IMG/VR virus record: IMGVR_UViG_2716884766_000001
Span: 124,504-188,503 of that record
Reading direction: 5' to 3' (one strand)
Source: a virus
DNA length: 64,000 nucleotides
The notes below the pieces were generated by a model. It did not search any database. It saw nothing but the letters and a program-made list of their open reading frames with translations, and had not been told where the DNA came from. The position numbers and the translations under genes are program-made. This document shows positions 54,976 to 64,000 of the stretch, one piece after another. The stretch's first letter is position 1. Each line of letters starts with the position of its first letter.

Positions 54976-57900
54976 TAGACTGTATCGACGTTGAATCTCG
55001 CTCTTACATAATATGTAGTTGTAGGTAACAGTGTAACGTCACCTGGTAATGTATATGACAGTAGGTTGGTAGAGTTTCCTAACGATTGGTGTACAATAGT
55101 AGTGAATGTATCTGCCTGTGAGAACTGCCAGTCAGTAGAGTTATGTCCATAACCAGTCTTAAATTCTGGTGTTAGAACATTGATAGTAGGATTAAATGCG
55201 GGAGTAATAGTTTGTATATTTGGTTGATCTACAACAGGAGTAGAGAACTGTACAGCAGTCGAGTAATTACTTGATAGTCCTGCGTTATCTTTATACTTAA
55301 CCTGAACTGAATAAGTTGTTTGGAAGTCAAGTGTACCAGCTGGTACTGTGAATGTAGTCAAATTACCAGTATCACCCTGTGATAAATCAGGAACTGTGAT
55401 AGCAGCAGTATCATATATTACTGCGTTATCAGATGTTCTCTTAATTAACCACCAAGATGCTGAATGAGTTGACCCTGCGTACTGTGATACAAATGCGTCT
55501 GATGTAAATGTAGGTTGTCTATTGAATGTCAAGTTAGTTGTTGGGTCTATATTGACAACAATACCAGTAGCTGCTTCTACAAATTCAGACTCATTTACAG
55601 TAATAGTAGCGGACTGAGATGTAACTGATATCGCATTGCTGTTAGACAATACACAACGATACTCATTGTTGAGTGTTGGGAAAGGTTGTGTGACTGTAGT
55701 ATATGAAGCAGCTGTAGCACCATTTATATTTGCCCAGTTAGCACCACTATCAGTTGACTTCTGCCACTGGTAGTTGATTGATCCAGATGTGATAGCAGCA
55801 GTGATACTAAATGTTGCTGTCTGTCCTTCAATGATTGTTTGTGCCTGTGGTTGCTGAGATATACTAATAACTCTAAGAACTGTCTGTACCGCAAAGGTTG
55901 ATACTAGATCATTTTGAGCACCTACTAGACTGAGTGTACACTTAAATCTGTCATCATTATCATCAGCAAATACTAAAGCAGGAGTGGTATAGGTAGCTCC
56001 TACAGCACCTGGTATAGTATTATAGTCTACGCCATTGTCAGATTTACTCCACTGATAAGTATGTGAACCACTAGATGTATTACCCGCTACAGTATATGAT
56101 GATGTTCCTCCTTCATTACCTGTTGCGTTGACTGGTTGAAGGGTTATGTTATGAGTCCTGTAGACAGTTAACAATGCGGCTGAGGTGAACTCATCAGCAT
56201 CAGCACCGATAGCCGAAAGCTTACAACGGAACCTATCATGATGATGATCTGCGTATGTCAATGTGCCTGTGTTGTAAGTAGGACTTGTTGCTCCACCTAT
56301 ATCAGTATATTGATCAGTCACAGTCATCGCTGCTCCTTGACCTGTATGGAAATGACACCAGTAATATAGAGGTGATGACTGAGAACCAGGTACTGTCCAC
56401 TCCACTCTTCTATCACTAGCAGCTACGAATCCACTGACATACCCTGCCATATTTACAGTGACACCATCTAACTTATAAACTACTCCCATCATATAATGTC
56501 CGTTACCATTATGATCTCCGTCAGCACCTGTACTGAACATCAATGGATGATGAACTGAACCATAGGTAGCATTAGTAGAATCATTCTGGATAAAAGTATA
56601 TGTAGCATTCTGCTCAAATTCTAGAACTGCCTTCTCCACTCCATCAAAATAGAATACACCAGTTGATTGTCCTGCGTTCGTATCTACACCTACTGTGACT
56701 GTAATAGTCGCATCACCATCAGATTTCTGCCACTGATACTGGACTGAAGGTGCGTGGTTAGACCAGATAGAGTTGTATAGTTCTGGATCAGCAGCTGTCT
56801 CTGCCTTAGCAGAAGCACCACCACCTGAAGGTGTTGTCCAGTTACCAACTCCAAAGGAAGAGTTCAATAACGCAGTGATTGCTTGAGTCTGTACTGTACC
56901 AACTGCTGTGAATGAAGCAGTCTGTCCCTCATCCCTAGTTGCGTCACTTGGATTAGCAACTACAGATACAGTAACTGTTTCTACCTGTAAGGTAGCAGCA
57001 TTAGAGAATGTATTAACAGCACCAGCCGCGGATATTAAACATCTATATTGATATTCATCGAACTGAGCCGTAAGGGTAGGTGTAGTATATGTGCTAGTAT
57101 TTGCTCCTGAAATACTTGAGAAGTTATTACCATCATCTAGTGACAACTGCCACTGATAGTTAATGTCAGCACTGTCACCATCAGAAAGACTAGCAGTAAC
57201 TGCGAAGTCTGCTGTTCCACCAACTGCTCCTGTGTCATTCTGTGGATGTGCGTCGACTGATATAGTTCTTGTAACTGTTAACTGAGCACTATTTGATACT
57301 ACCTCACTAGCACCTGTAGCGTTGACTCTACATCTAAAGTAGTCTCCGCTGTCAGCAGCAAAGGAAGCTGGAGGTGTACCACCACTATCATATGTGGTTG
57401 CTGTAGTAGTATATGCTGCACTCGTAGCACCTGGTATTTGATGCCATACAGAGTCATCCTCTGACTTATCCCATGCATATGAAATTGATGCTGAGTCAGC
57501 AGTAGAAGCAGTTATATTGAATGTAGCAGCAGCTGGTGATACTACAGATGTACTAGATGGTTGTGCCTGTATACTCACTACTCTAGTTACAGTCAGTGTA
57601 GCAGCATTTGACGTTGTACTAGAAGCTGCTGTATTAGAATCTAATACGCATCGGTATTGCCATCCGTTAAATGAGTAGTCATCATCTACAGTAAGTGTAT
57701 CTGTTGTCTCTCCACTATGTCCTGCTTGACCACTAATACTTGTCCAAGCACCACCTGTACTGTACTGCCACTGGTATGTGATAGTAGATGAGTCTGATAC
57801 AGTAGCGTTTAAAGGACCAAACTGTGCGTTGGTTCCTGCTCCCGCTTCTATTGATGCATCGGAAGGTTGATCTCCAATCGTAACAATAACACCAGTACCT

Positions 57901-60900
57901 AGTGTATGGAAATTATAATTTCTTGATTCTCCAGAACTATCTTCTGTGACTGTGATGTCAAAGAATGTATCCTGATAAGATGATATAACTGTACCAGATA
58001 GAACTCCACTTGTTGTATTAAATGTTAGTCCTGTACCTGATAAACTGTCACCTGAAAGAGTATATGTCTCTCCTGAATTAAATGTTTCGTTAGCATAGCT
58101 CTTGAACTCGTCAACTCCTATGTCTATATTGATAGCACCATTGTGAGCAAATCCATCACCACCTATCTTACCTGTGGTTACTTGGTTTGATGTACCAGTT
58201 CCTTGAGCAGTCTTAAGGAAGAATGGATGACCAGAAGCATTGACATCAAATACTAAGATGTCACCTGGTGTAGCATTGATACCCGCATCATCACCACTCT
58301 GTCCTGCTGTGTTATTTGCTTGTACAGTGATAGTACCATACATGCCATTGTGATACTCACATTGATAGTAGTAAACTCCTATGGAACCTGGTGTCCATGC
58401 GACAGTTCCACCACTCTCAGTACCCTGACCTGTAGCACCACTTACCTGATTACTTGAACCAGTTCCTTGAACAGTCTTAAGATATAATGGGTGACCACCC
58501 GCATTCATATTGAAGTTTAATGTATCACCAACCTGACATACAATAGCAGGGTCAGCACCACTGATTGATCCAGTTCTATCTGTACCTGATAATGTGTAGT
58601 CACTACTACCAGAAGCAGTTACAGCAATATTATATGTGTTGACTACAGGAGTAACATTCTGTTCTGCGATAGTATAGTTGCTACTATTAGCAGCAGTTAC
58701 GTTCCAATATCTTTTGGCAGTACCACCTGATCCAGAAAGCGTAATGGTACCATACATGTCATTGTGATCACGACATTGATAGTAATAACTACCAGCTGTG
58801 ACTCCAGTTGTATCCCAGTATATTCTTCCATTGACAGTTCCTTGACCTCCTGTGCTACTGATATTACCGTTGTAGAACCATGTAATAGTCTTGCTGATGT
58901 ACTGTGTGAACAGTCCTCTGACCTTACTGATCAAAGATCCTGACTGTTGGAAATCAAAGTCAACACCTGAATCTACTGGTATTTGTTTGATAGTACGACC
59001 TGTATGTCCTGCTTCCTCTGAGTCTAACTCGGCAAATAATGTGACGTTACCAAATGTAGGTCCGTCAGTTCCCTCATGTGTATCAGATATTACACACATG
59101 TAGTTACCAGTTCCACCAGCTACCTCGTTACTTGTAGCACTATTGATTACAGTTATCTCGATATAGTTATTAGCAGCATCCTGTCCTGTGATACCCCACC
59201 ATGTTCCAGATATATCATAGATGTCAAGACCACCTACTACAAGTCCAGTGTTAGGTACTCTTAACTGTATCTTCTTACCAATCTTGTTCAAGAATGCTGC
59301 TGAATCTACTGAGTTATAGTATATCTTAATTACATTACTACCTGAACTGGCAGCGAATGGGTTGGTAGGTAACTTATATTCGTGAGCTGTATTAGCAGGA
59401 TATGCAGTAGTACTGACAGCAGCATAGTCGCCAGGATCTCCATTACTTCTAATCCAGTTCTTACATAGTACTGGTAGTGTGCTTGTAGAAAGGTTATAGT
59501 TGTTCGCTGCTATGAACTGACATACCACACCACATGTAATAGGACCTGAGAATGATGTACCCTGTATAACATTGTAGTTTGATACTGATGTGTAAGGTGT
59601 GTTAGTAGTCCAGTTGTACTGAGGTGTTGTTATGTGTTGACCTGGTGCTGTAACTGTTACACCTGAACCATAGTTAGAGAAGTCTGCCCAGAAGTCATTG
59701 TAATCTGTAGCACCTACAGAGATAGACGCGATATTTGTATCAAATATGTTTACGTCACCATCCTGATATCCTGCTGATCTAGTTCCTGCTTGGAATCTAC
59801 CCTGTAGAGGTCCTAAGAAACTGTCACTAGAGTCTTTGAATCCGTTACCCGCTGATCTAACGAGTACAATATTAGCATCTACTACGTCTTTCTCTGTCTC
59901 GTCATATAGTTCTACGTCAAACCCTGCGTCAGTTCCTGCTTCGTTCAACTCAACGTATGGGAAAGAACCACTAGGTTGTGTAGAACCAAAGGATGCATTG
60001 ATGATTGCGGGTCTGGTATTACCTTTGTAGTTAGCATTACCACTGTCATTGTGGTTGATAACGGCTTGATAGGCATTCATGATACCTGACAAAGATCCAC
60101 TACCAAATGAACTAAAGCACTTCAGAGCATAGAATTTTACCTTGTGTGCGACACCACTCTTGATACCACCGATCAAGTTAGCACACCATGTACCGTGTGC
60201 GTTGTCATCTTCATTGCTGTTAGCCACACCGCCAACTGTATATCCTGAGCTGTAACCTGGCACCTCATACACCCTGTATGCCTGTTGCTCTGATAAACCA
60301 TTAAGGTCAGCGTTGTTTGTTATATCAAATAATTCTGGATGTAAACCTACTCCAGATCCTGTTGGTCTTGAAGCACCCCTAATACCAGTATCAAGTACAT
60401 ACACGTCAACACCGTCAGCTTCTTCCGTAGTGTTATATAATCCATTCATGAAACTCCTGCTTTGCTTTGATATACGATCTAGATGCCAGAAGTCATGTAT
60501 ACAGATGGCACCGTAACGTAATGGACTATCATCATAAGCACCGTAATCAGAGTTAGACACGTTGTACCAATATAGTACAGATGCTGTAACACTATCCACA
60601 GTGATACGAGTATACGCACCAGATGAACCAGGCGTACCCGCTGTTGTTACATTATATGTGTACTGTACACCATCTCTATGTGTACCGTCAGGTGTTAAGG
60701 AGAATGCTAGTCTATGTCCTGTGTTAGATGCGTCAGACTGGTCAAAGGTATATGTACCCCCTTGTACGAAACCACTGTAGGTTGCTATTCTACTATAAAC
60801 ACCACCCTGTGTAGATGATAACTGGAATCTCTGGTTACCACTATAGTTTGCTACCTTTACATATATTGTTCCACCACCACTAGATGTTATTATCCTTGTG

Positions 60901-61205
60901 TTTCTCTGTCCTGATATCTCACTTGTGTTGTCTTCTAATGTATCTGTTTCCCACTCTGCTACTGCTGTCTCACCACCCTCTACTGGGTCTATTTTATATT
61001 CTTTATCATACGTCGCACCATGAACATACGCCAACTTCCTAATCTCATCTATAGATGATTGATCCTCGGAAGGTGCTGTAAACTGGATAGTTCTAAATGA
61101 AGGGAAAGATCTTACAAATTCTAAATAACTATGCTGACCCATTATTAGTGCTTGAGCACCATCAAGAGTCATAGAACTTGCTACCTTTACTAAAAGGGTT
61201 GCCAT
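54975..61205 (-). CDS. Giant virion protein: I9-like prodomain, S8 subtilase, cupredoxin-like modules, six Ig-like repeats, FN3-like end
   Basis: VLDTG, HGTWCA, SAGN and GTSFSGP catalytic motifs; YYQCxxHxxMYGTI loops; repeated QP...QWQ...RC Ig units; TATAAATA late promoter. Confidence 0.85.
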   Translation of the reverse strand: MATLLVKVASSMTLDGAQALIMGQHSYLEFVRSFPSFRTIQFTAPSEDQSSIDEIRKLAYVHGATYDKEYKIDPVEGGETAVAEWETDTLEDNTSEISGQRNTRIITSSGGGTIYVKVANYSGNQRFQLSSTQGGVYSRIATYSGFVQGGTYTFDQSDASNTGHRLAFSLTPDGTHRDGVQYTYNVTTAGTPGSSGAYTRITVDSVTASVLYWYNVSNSDYGAYDDSPLRYGAICIHDFWHLDRISKQSRSFMNGLYNTTEEADGVDVYVLDTGIRGASRPTGSGVGLHPELFDITNNADLNGLSEQQAYRVYEVPGYSSGYTVGGVANSNEDDNAHGTWCANLIGGIKSGVAHKVKFYALKCFSSFGSGSLSGIMNAYQAVINHNDSGNANYKGNTRPAIINASFGSTQPSGSFPYVELNEAGTDAGFDVELYDETEKDVVDANIVLVRSAGNGFKDSSDSFLGPLQGRFQAGTRSAGYQDGDVNIFDTNIASISVGATDYNDFWADFSNYGSGVTVTAPGQHITTPQYNWTTNTPYTSVSNYNVIQGTSFSGPITCGVVCQFIAANNYNLSTSTLPVLCKNWIRSNGDPGDYAAVSTTAYPANTAHEYKLPTNPFAASSGSNVIKIYYNSVDSAAFLNKIGKKIQLRVPNTGLVVGGLDIYDISGTWWGITGQDAANNYIEITVINSATSNEVAGGTGNYMCVISDTHEGTDGPTFGNVTLFAELDSEEAGHTGRTIKQIPVDSGVDFDFQQSGSLISKVRGLFTQYISKTITWFYNGNISSTGGQGTVNGRIYWDTTGVTAGSYYYQCRDHNDMYGTITLSGSGGTAKRYWNVTAANSSNYTIAEQNVTPVVNTYNIAVTASGSSDYTLSGTDRTGSISGADPAIVCQVGDTLNFNMNAGGHPLYLKTVQGTGSSNQVSGATGQGTESGGTVAWTPGSIGVYYYQCEYHNGMYGTITVQANNTAGQSGDDAGINATPGDILVFDVNASGHPFFLKTAQGTGTSNQVTTGKIGGDGFAHNGAINIDIGVDEFKSYANETFNSGETYTLSGDSLSGTGLTFNTTSGVLSGTVISSYQDTFFDITVTEDSSGESRNYNFHTLGTGVIVTIGDQPSDASIEAGAGTNAQFGPLNATVSDSSTITYQWQYSTGGAWTSISGQAGHSGETTDTLTVDDDYSFNGWQYRCVLDSNTAASSTTSNAATLTVTRVVSIQAQPSSTSVVSPAAATFNITASTADSASISYAWDKSEDDSVWHQIPGATSAAYTTTATTYDSGGTPPASFAADSGDYFRCRVNATGASEVVSNSAQLTVTRTISVDAHPQNDTGAVGGTADFAVTASLSDGDSADINYQWQLSLDDGNNFSSISGANTSTYTTPTLTAQFDEYQYRCLISAAGAVNTFSNAATLQVETVTVSVVANPSDATRDEGQTASFTAVGTVQTQAITALLNSSFGVGNWTTPSGGGASAKAETAADPELYNSIWSNHAPSVQYQWQKSDGDATITVTVGVDTNAGQSTGVFYFDGVEKAVLEFEQNATYTFIQNDSTNATYGSVHHPLMFSTGADGDHNGNGHYMMGVVYKLDGVTVNMAGYVSGFVAASDRRVEWTVPGSQSSPLYYWCHFHTGQGAAMTVTDQYTDIGGATSPTYNTGTLTYADHHHDRFRCKLSAIGADADEFTSAALLTVYRTHNITLQPVNATGNEGGTSSYTVAGNTSSGSHTYQWSKSDNGVDYNTIPGAVGATYTTPALVFADDNDDRFKCTLSLVGAQNDLVSTFAVQTVLRVISISQQPQAQTIIEGQTATFSITAAITSGSINYQWQKSTDSGANWANINGATAASYTTVTQPFPTLNNEYRCVLSNSNAISVTSQSATITVNESEFVEAATGIVVNIDPTTNLTFNRQPTFTSDAFVSQYAGSTHSASWWLIKRTSDNAVIYDTAAITVPDLSQGDTGNLTTFTVPAGTLDFQTTYSVQVKYKDNAGLSSNYSTAVQFSTPVVDQPNIQTITPAFNPTINVLTPEFKTGYGHNSTDWQFSQADTFTTIVHQSLGNSTNLLSYTLPGDVTLLPTTTYYVRARFNVDTV

Positions 61206-61234
61206 TGAATATTAGTCAGTATTATCCTCTTTTG

Positions 61235-61242
61235 TATTTATA
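61235..61242 (-). promoter_or_regulatory. Late promoter TATAAATA
   Basis: Exact consensus 30 nt upstream of the 2076-aa gene. Confidence 0.8.
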
Positions 61243-61248
61243 GAACTC

Positions 61249-61536
61249 ATGGCTGGACTTAGAGACAGAGAAGCACCAACAGGTGAATATAGACTCAGAG
61301 AACACCTCTGGAGTAGAACTGAAGCAAAATTTGATGGCACTTCAGATACTATTCCATTTGACGTTGGCGACAAATATGACGAAAGACCTATCGTTGCTAT
61401 AGGCATAACAAAAAACGTCTATGGTAAAAGGTACTATCTCATTGTTGAAGGAGATAAAACCCATGCCCGTAGACGTTTAGAATTTGATGAGAAGCATGAC
61501 TTGATATCAAGCAAGTTCCTCAAGTTTGTAGACTAA
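61249..61536 (+). CDS. Hypothetical protein (only credible plus-strand gene)
   Basis: 95 aa; exactly fills the gap; stop codon abuts the stop of the convergent gene. Confidence 0.7.
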   Translation: MAGLRDREAPTGEYRLREHLWSRTEAKFDGTSDTIPFDVGDKYDERPIVAIGITKNVYGKRYYLIVEGDKTHARRRLEFDEKHDLISSKFLKFVD

Positions 61537-61737
61537 TTATTTAACCTTTGCTTCTTTCACAGGAGCAGGAGCTTCTTCTCCTTCTTTCTGTGTTGCTAAT
61601 CGAAGACCTTCTATTGCTCCTTGGAGTCTTAATAGTTGGTCTTCTCTTGTTTTAAGAGCGTCTTTAATTTCTGCGACTTCTGCTTTTACCTTGCTCTGTT
61701 GCTCGGTGAAGTCTGTAATCATTTCTTCAATGGTCAT
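61537..61737 (-). CDS. Small coiled-coil protein
   Basis: 66 aa, heptad pattern, LLRLQGAIEGL. Confidence 0.7.
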   Translation of the reverse strand: MTIEEMITDFTEQQSKVKAEVAEIKDALKTREDQLLRLQGAIEGLRLATQKEGEEAPAPVKEAKVK

Positions 61738-62039
61738 GCTGTAGTTTCCTCAGTACGTTGGATTTTAGATTCGACACCTAGGACGGTGGTGCGTATAATA
61801 TCAAGTGCTTCACAAGCACCTTCAAGACGGTTCACTTTAGTGCGAGCGTCATTAAGATCGGTTAGATCAATACGAGTCATAAGACTAGAGTTCTTATCGA
61901 GCTCCTCTTCTCGTTCTTTGACTTCTTCTCTTGCTGCTACTAATTGAGCAACGAAGTCTTCCCATACCATATCAAATGTCCATTCTTTAGGTTCATTTTC
62001 AACGGTACCCATTCCTGCTGTCTCTGGTTGATCAGACAT
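61734..62039 (-). CDS. Small coiled-coil protein
   Basis: 101 aa, VNRLEGACEAL; similar motif to its neighbour. Confidence 0.7.
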   Translation of the reverse strand: MSDQPETAGMGTVENEPKEWTFDMVWEDFVAQLVAAREEVKEREEELDKNSSLMTRIDLTDLNDARTKVNRLEGACEALDIIRTTVLGVESKIQRTEETTA

Positions 62040-62649
62040 AATTGTTTACTTCATCTTGTATATCTTGCTGTGCTAGAGCAAATGGTGTTGCGAGATAAGG
62101 ACGTGTGTCATACTTCAGATCTTTGTATTGACCATCAGCATAGACATACTGCATAAAGGCATTGATATGTTCTTTGCCTGTATACTTTTCTCTCCAATGT
62201 GGAATGTCTCCACTGTATATTACCACATCACCTGGTTCCAAGTCAATATGTAGAGTTTGCTCCTCCCATAAAAAATTTAGATCCCACTTGATGTCGCGAG
62301 CAATAGACAGATTGACTGCTATTTCTGAGGAACGTCTGTCAGTATGTCTGACGAGTTCACTTCCTTCAGTATATATGCGGCCATAAGAATAGGTCGGTTC
62401 GAGGTTTGTCTTTAGTATTTTCTCCACTTGAGGTTTCAACTGGAGACTCAATGCTTCAAAACAAAGAGGTGAATACCAAGAGAAAGTACCAGGTACCGTA
62501 GGGTCACGATAACCTTCACTACTCCCCATAGAAAGTAAAGCATCCCTCATTAGTCTGAACTCTGTGTACAAGTGATCGACTACTGGAATAGGAACTGCTT
62601 CCTTCCAAATTTTAATTATCGGTTTGTATTTTGTAGTTACGTCTGTCAT
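62032..62649 (-). CDS. 2OG-Fe(II) oxygenase (prolyl-hydroxylase-like)
   Basis: PTYSYGRIY..GSEL.RHTDR.S.E...LEPGD.VIY.G..PHWRE. Confidence 0.85.
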   Translation of the reverse strand: MTDVTTKYKPIIKIWKEAVPIPVVDHLYTEFRLMRDALLSMGSSEGYRDPTVPGTFSWYSPLCFEALSLQLKPQVEKILKTNLEPTYSYGRIYTEGSELVRHTDRRSSEIAVNLSIARDIKWDLNFLWEEQTLHIDLEPGDVVIYSGDIPHWREKYTGKEHINAFMQYVYADGQYKDLKYDTRPYLATPFALAQQDIQDEVNNYV

Positions 62650-63304
62650 AGAACTCTGGGTTTAACACAGTCGGCACACAAGGAATACTCATGGATAACC
62701 TTGTTTTATCTGGTAAAGCACAATGATATGCTCTATCAGGTATATAGAGAAGATCGCCAGGCTTTAATATCCCTTCCCAATCAATTTCCATTATATCATA
62801 GTTTAGTGGTTTGTCATTCTTACATGCTAATAATGATGTCTGTTTGTTCTTATATACTTTCCATGGTGTCTCTCCAACACACTGTATGATGAAATTAGAG
62901 AAATGATCACAGTGTGTTTTGAATGAAGGAGACTTAGTTCTTGCTCCATATACATGTACATCTGTACATACATCTAGAGATCTTTCTATCTCTATACACA
63001 GGTCTTGAGTCTTTCTTTTTATCTTACTATAACCAGTGATGACAAAACTCTCTCCACTTGTTATGTGATTGTATATTGTGTTCTTATCCTGACATGGTAC
63101 AGGAGACCAGTATGGTTTGTACTCTGGTAATGATCTCTTTTCACCATTACCATTTATTAGTTCCCAATACAAATCATCACGTGTAAGACATGTCTCTACG
63201 TCTTTCCATGATAGGTATTCTTGTGGTTTGTCTAGAAACTGCGGGATGTAAACTACTCCATCATCGCAGTGTAGATTACGCGACGCGAAGAAACGGCTTA
63301 ACAT
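62612..63304 (-). CDS. JmjC/cupin-4 (YcfD/ROX-like) 2OG oxygenase
   Basis: DVHVY...SF.THCD..SNFIIQCVG...WKVY...LKPGDLLYIP...YHCA. Confidence 0.8.
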   Translation of the reverse strand: MLSRFFASRNLHCDDGVVYIPQFLDKPQEYLSWKDVETCLTRDDLYWELINGNGEKRSLPEYKPYWSPVPCQDKNTIYNHITSGESFVITGYSKIKRKTQDLCIEIERSLDVCTDVHVYGARTKSPSFKTHCDHFSNFIIQCVGETPWKVYKNKQTSLLACKNDKPLNYDIMEIDWEGILKPGDLLYIPDRAYHCALPDKTRLSMSIPCVPTVLNPEFYDRRNYKIQTDN

Positions 63305-63899
63305 TAGCAGGGTTGTGACGTTTTACAATATTGATTGTGATTGCTAACCTAGCATCATGACGTGCAGGACACGAGCTAGCATGATAGTGCTTACCATCAA
63401 AAACGAAAAGCTTATTCTTTTCGGGATGGCATTTATACTTGATCGTATAGTTTTCCGATTGTTCCTTCTCTTCAAATACAACCGTCGGCCCGTCCGAGTT
63501 ATTGACATAGTACAAACATGTAAAGTGATCTACCTGTGATGATTCTGGAAAATCAACATGAGGTTGGTTATGTAAAAAATGTTCTTCTCTGAATGTAGGA
63601 AAGTTTAATCCACATCTAATTCTAGAAAGATACCATTGATCCCATTCTAGATTGAGAGCATCAATAATATAGTGATAGAAGAAACTAAAATCACCATACC
63701 AATTACTTAATCCACTACCATCACGATATGCTGTGTGATGCATACCTGGTTGACTTCTATAGAAATCAGGAACTTCTGATCTCTCTTCTGGTGATACAGT
63801 AACATCATCTAACCAGAACCATGGGAACTCATTAGATGTTAACTTATCGTGTATCTCATTAGCTAAGGAGATAGGTAAAAAGTTGTGAATCTCTCTCAT
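63276..63899 (-). CDS. Putative 2OG-Fe(II) oxygenase
   Basis: NQPHVDF...LYYVNNSDGPT...LFVFDGKHYHAS..RLAITIN. Confidence 0.85.
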   Translation of the reverse strand: MREIHNFLPISLANEIHDKLTSNEFPWFWLDDVTVSPEERSEVPDFYRSQPGMHHTAYRDGSGLSNWYGDFSFFYHYIIDALNLEWDQWYLSRIRCGLNFPTFREEHFLHNQPHVDFPESSQVDHFTCLYYVNNSDGPTVVFEEKEQSENYTIKYKCHPEKNKLFVFDGKHYHASSCPARHDARLAITINIVKRHNPANVKPFLRVA

Positions 63900-64000
63900 A
63901 ATATATTGAATGATATAGAAATTCTGTCTTCATCAGACAGGTTAGGTTTGACATGATGTTCTACCCACGCAGGGAAGATTAACATTCTATTTGTCTTGGC
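63896..64000 (-). CDS. C-terminal fragment of a TIGR02466-like 2OG-Fe(II) oxygenase
   Basis: Translated by hand: ...AKTNRMLIFPAWVEHHVKPNLSDEDRISISFNIL*; ATGA overlap with the next gene. Confidence 0.8.
   Translation of the reverse strand, partial: AKTNRMLIFPAWVEHHVKPNLSDEDRISISFNIL

Noticed and set aside
1-64000. tRNA, rRNA, CRISPR arrays and photosynthesis AMGs (psbA/hli)
   Set aside because: No cloverleaf or T-loop signatures, rRNA-like stretches, spaced direct repeats or such ORFs were recognised, and intergenic space is minimal. A tRNAscan/cmscan run would be decisive.

Overview
This is a 64-kb segment of a T4-like marine cyanomyovirus (Kyanoviridae). It is AT-rich and probably infects Prochlorococcus (inference; GC not computed). 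Almost every gene is on the minus strand. In transcription order (right to left) the window holds: a cluster of 2OG-Fe(II)/JmjC oxygenases; a 2076-aa subtilase/Ig/cupredoxin-like virion protein; neck and tail genes gp13-15; terminase gp16/gp17 split by a 1050-aa fibre and small genes; gp18-gp23; gp3, uvsY, uvsW, gp55 and gp47/46; a structured ncRNA (manA-like); a VWA-peptidase/CobS-type AAA+ pair; gp45/44, dam, a pyrimidine-dimer glycosylase, gp62 and regA; an inserted TauD / GIY-YIG endonuclease / unknown-gene block; hsp20 and three Sm-like paralogs; gp43, uvsX, gp41 and mazG. It ends with a late-promoter-driven accessory cluster of nuclease-like, ligase-like and HIGH-nucleotidyltransferase genes, basic modular proteins, an AspH hydroxylase and virion proteins. 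The most notable observations are: (1) a candidate -1 programmed frameshift (A_AAA_AAG plus hairpin) joining two modular proteins; (2) a late nuclease/ligase/nucleotidyltransferase trio; (3) a protein whose N-terminus copies the processed N-arm of the major capsid protein; (4) a giant virion protein with an intact serine-protease triad and blue-copper-like loops; (5) four Sm-like paralogs; (6) about 15 oxygenase genes. No tRNAs, CRISPR arrays, introns or inteins were seen. Family names come from motif recognition and memory, not from database searches.
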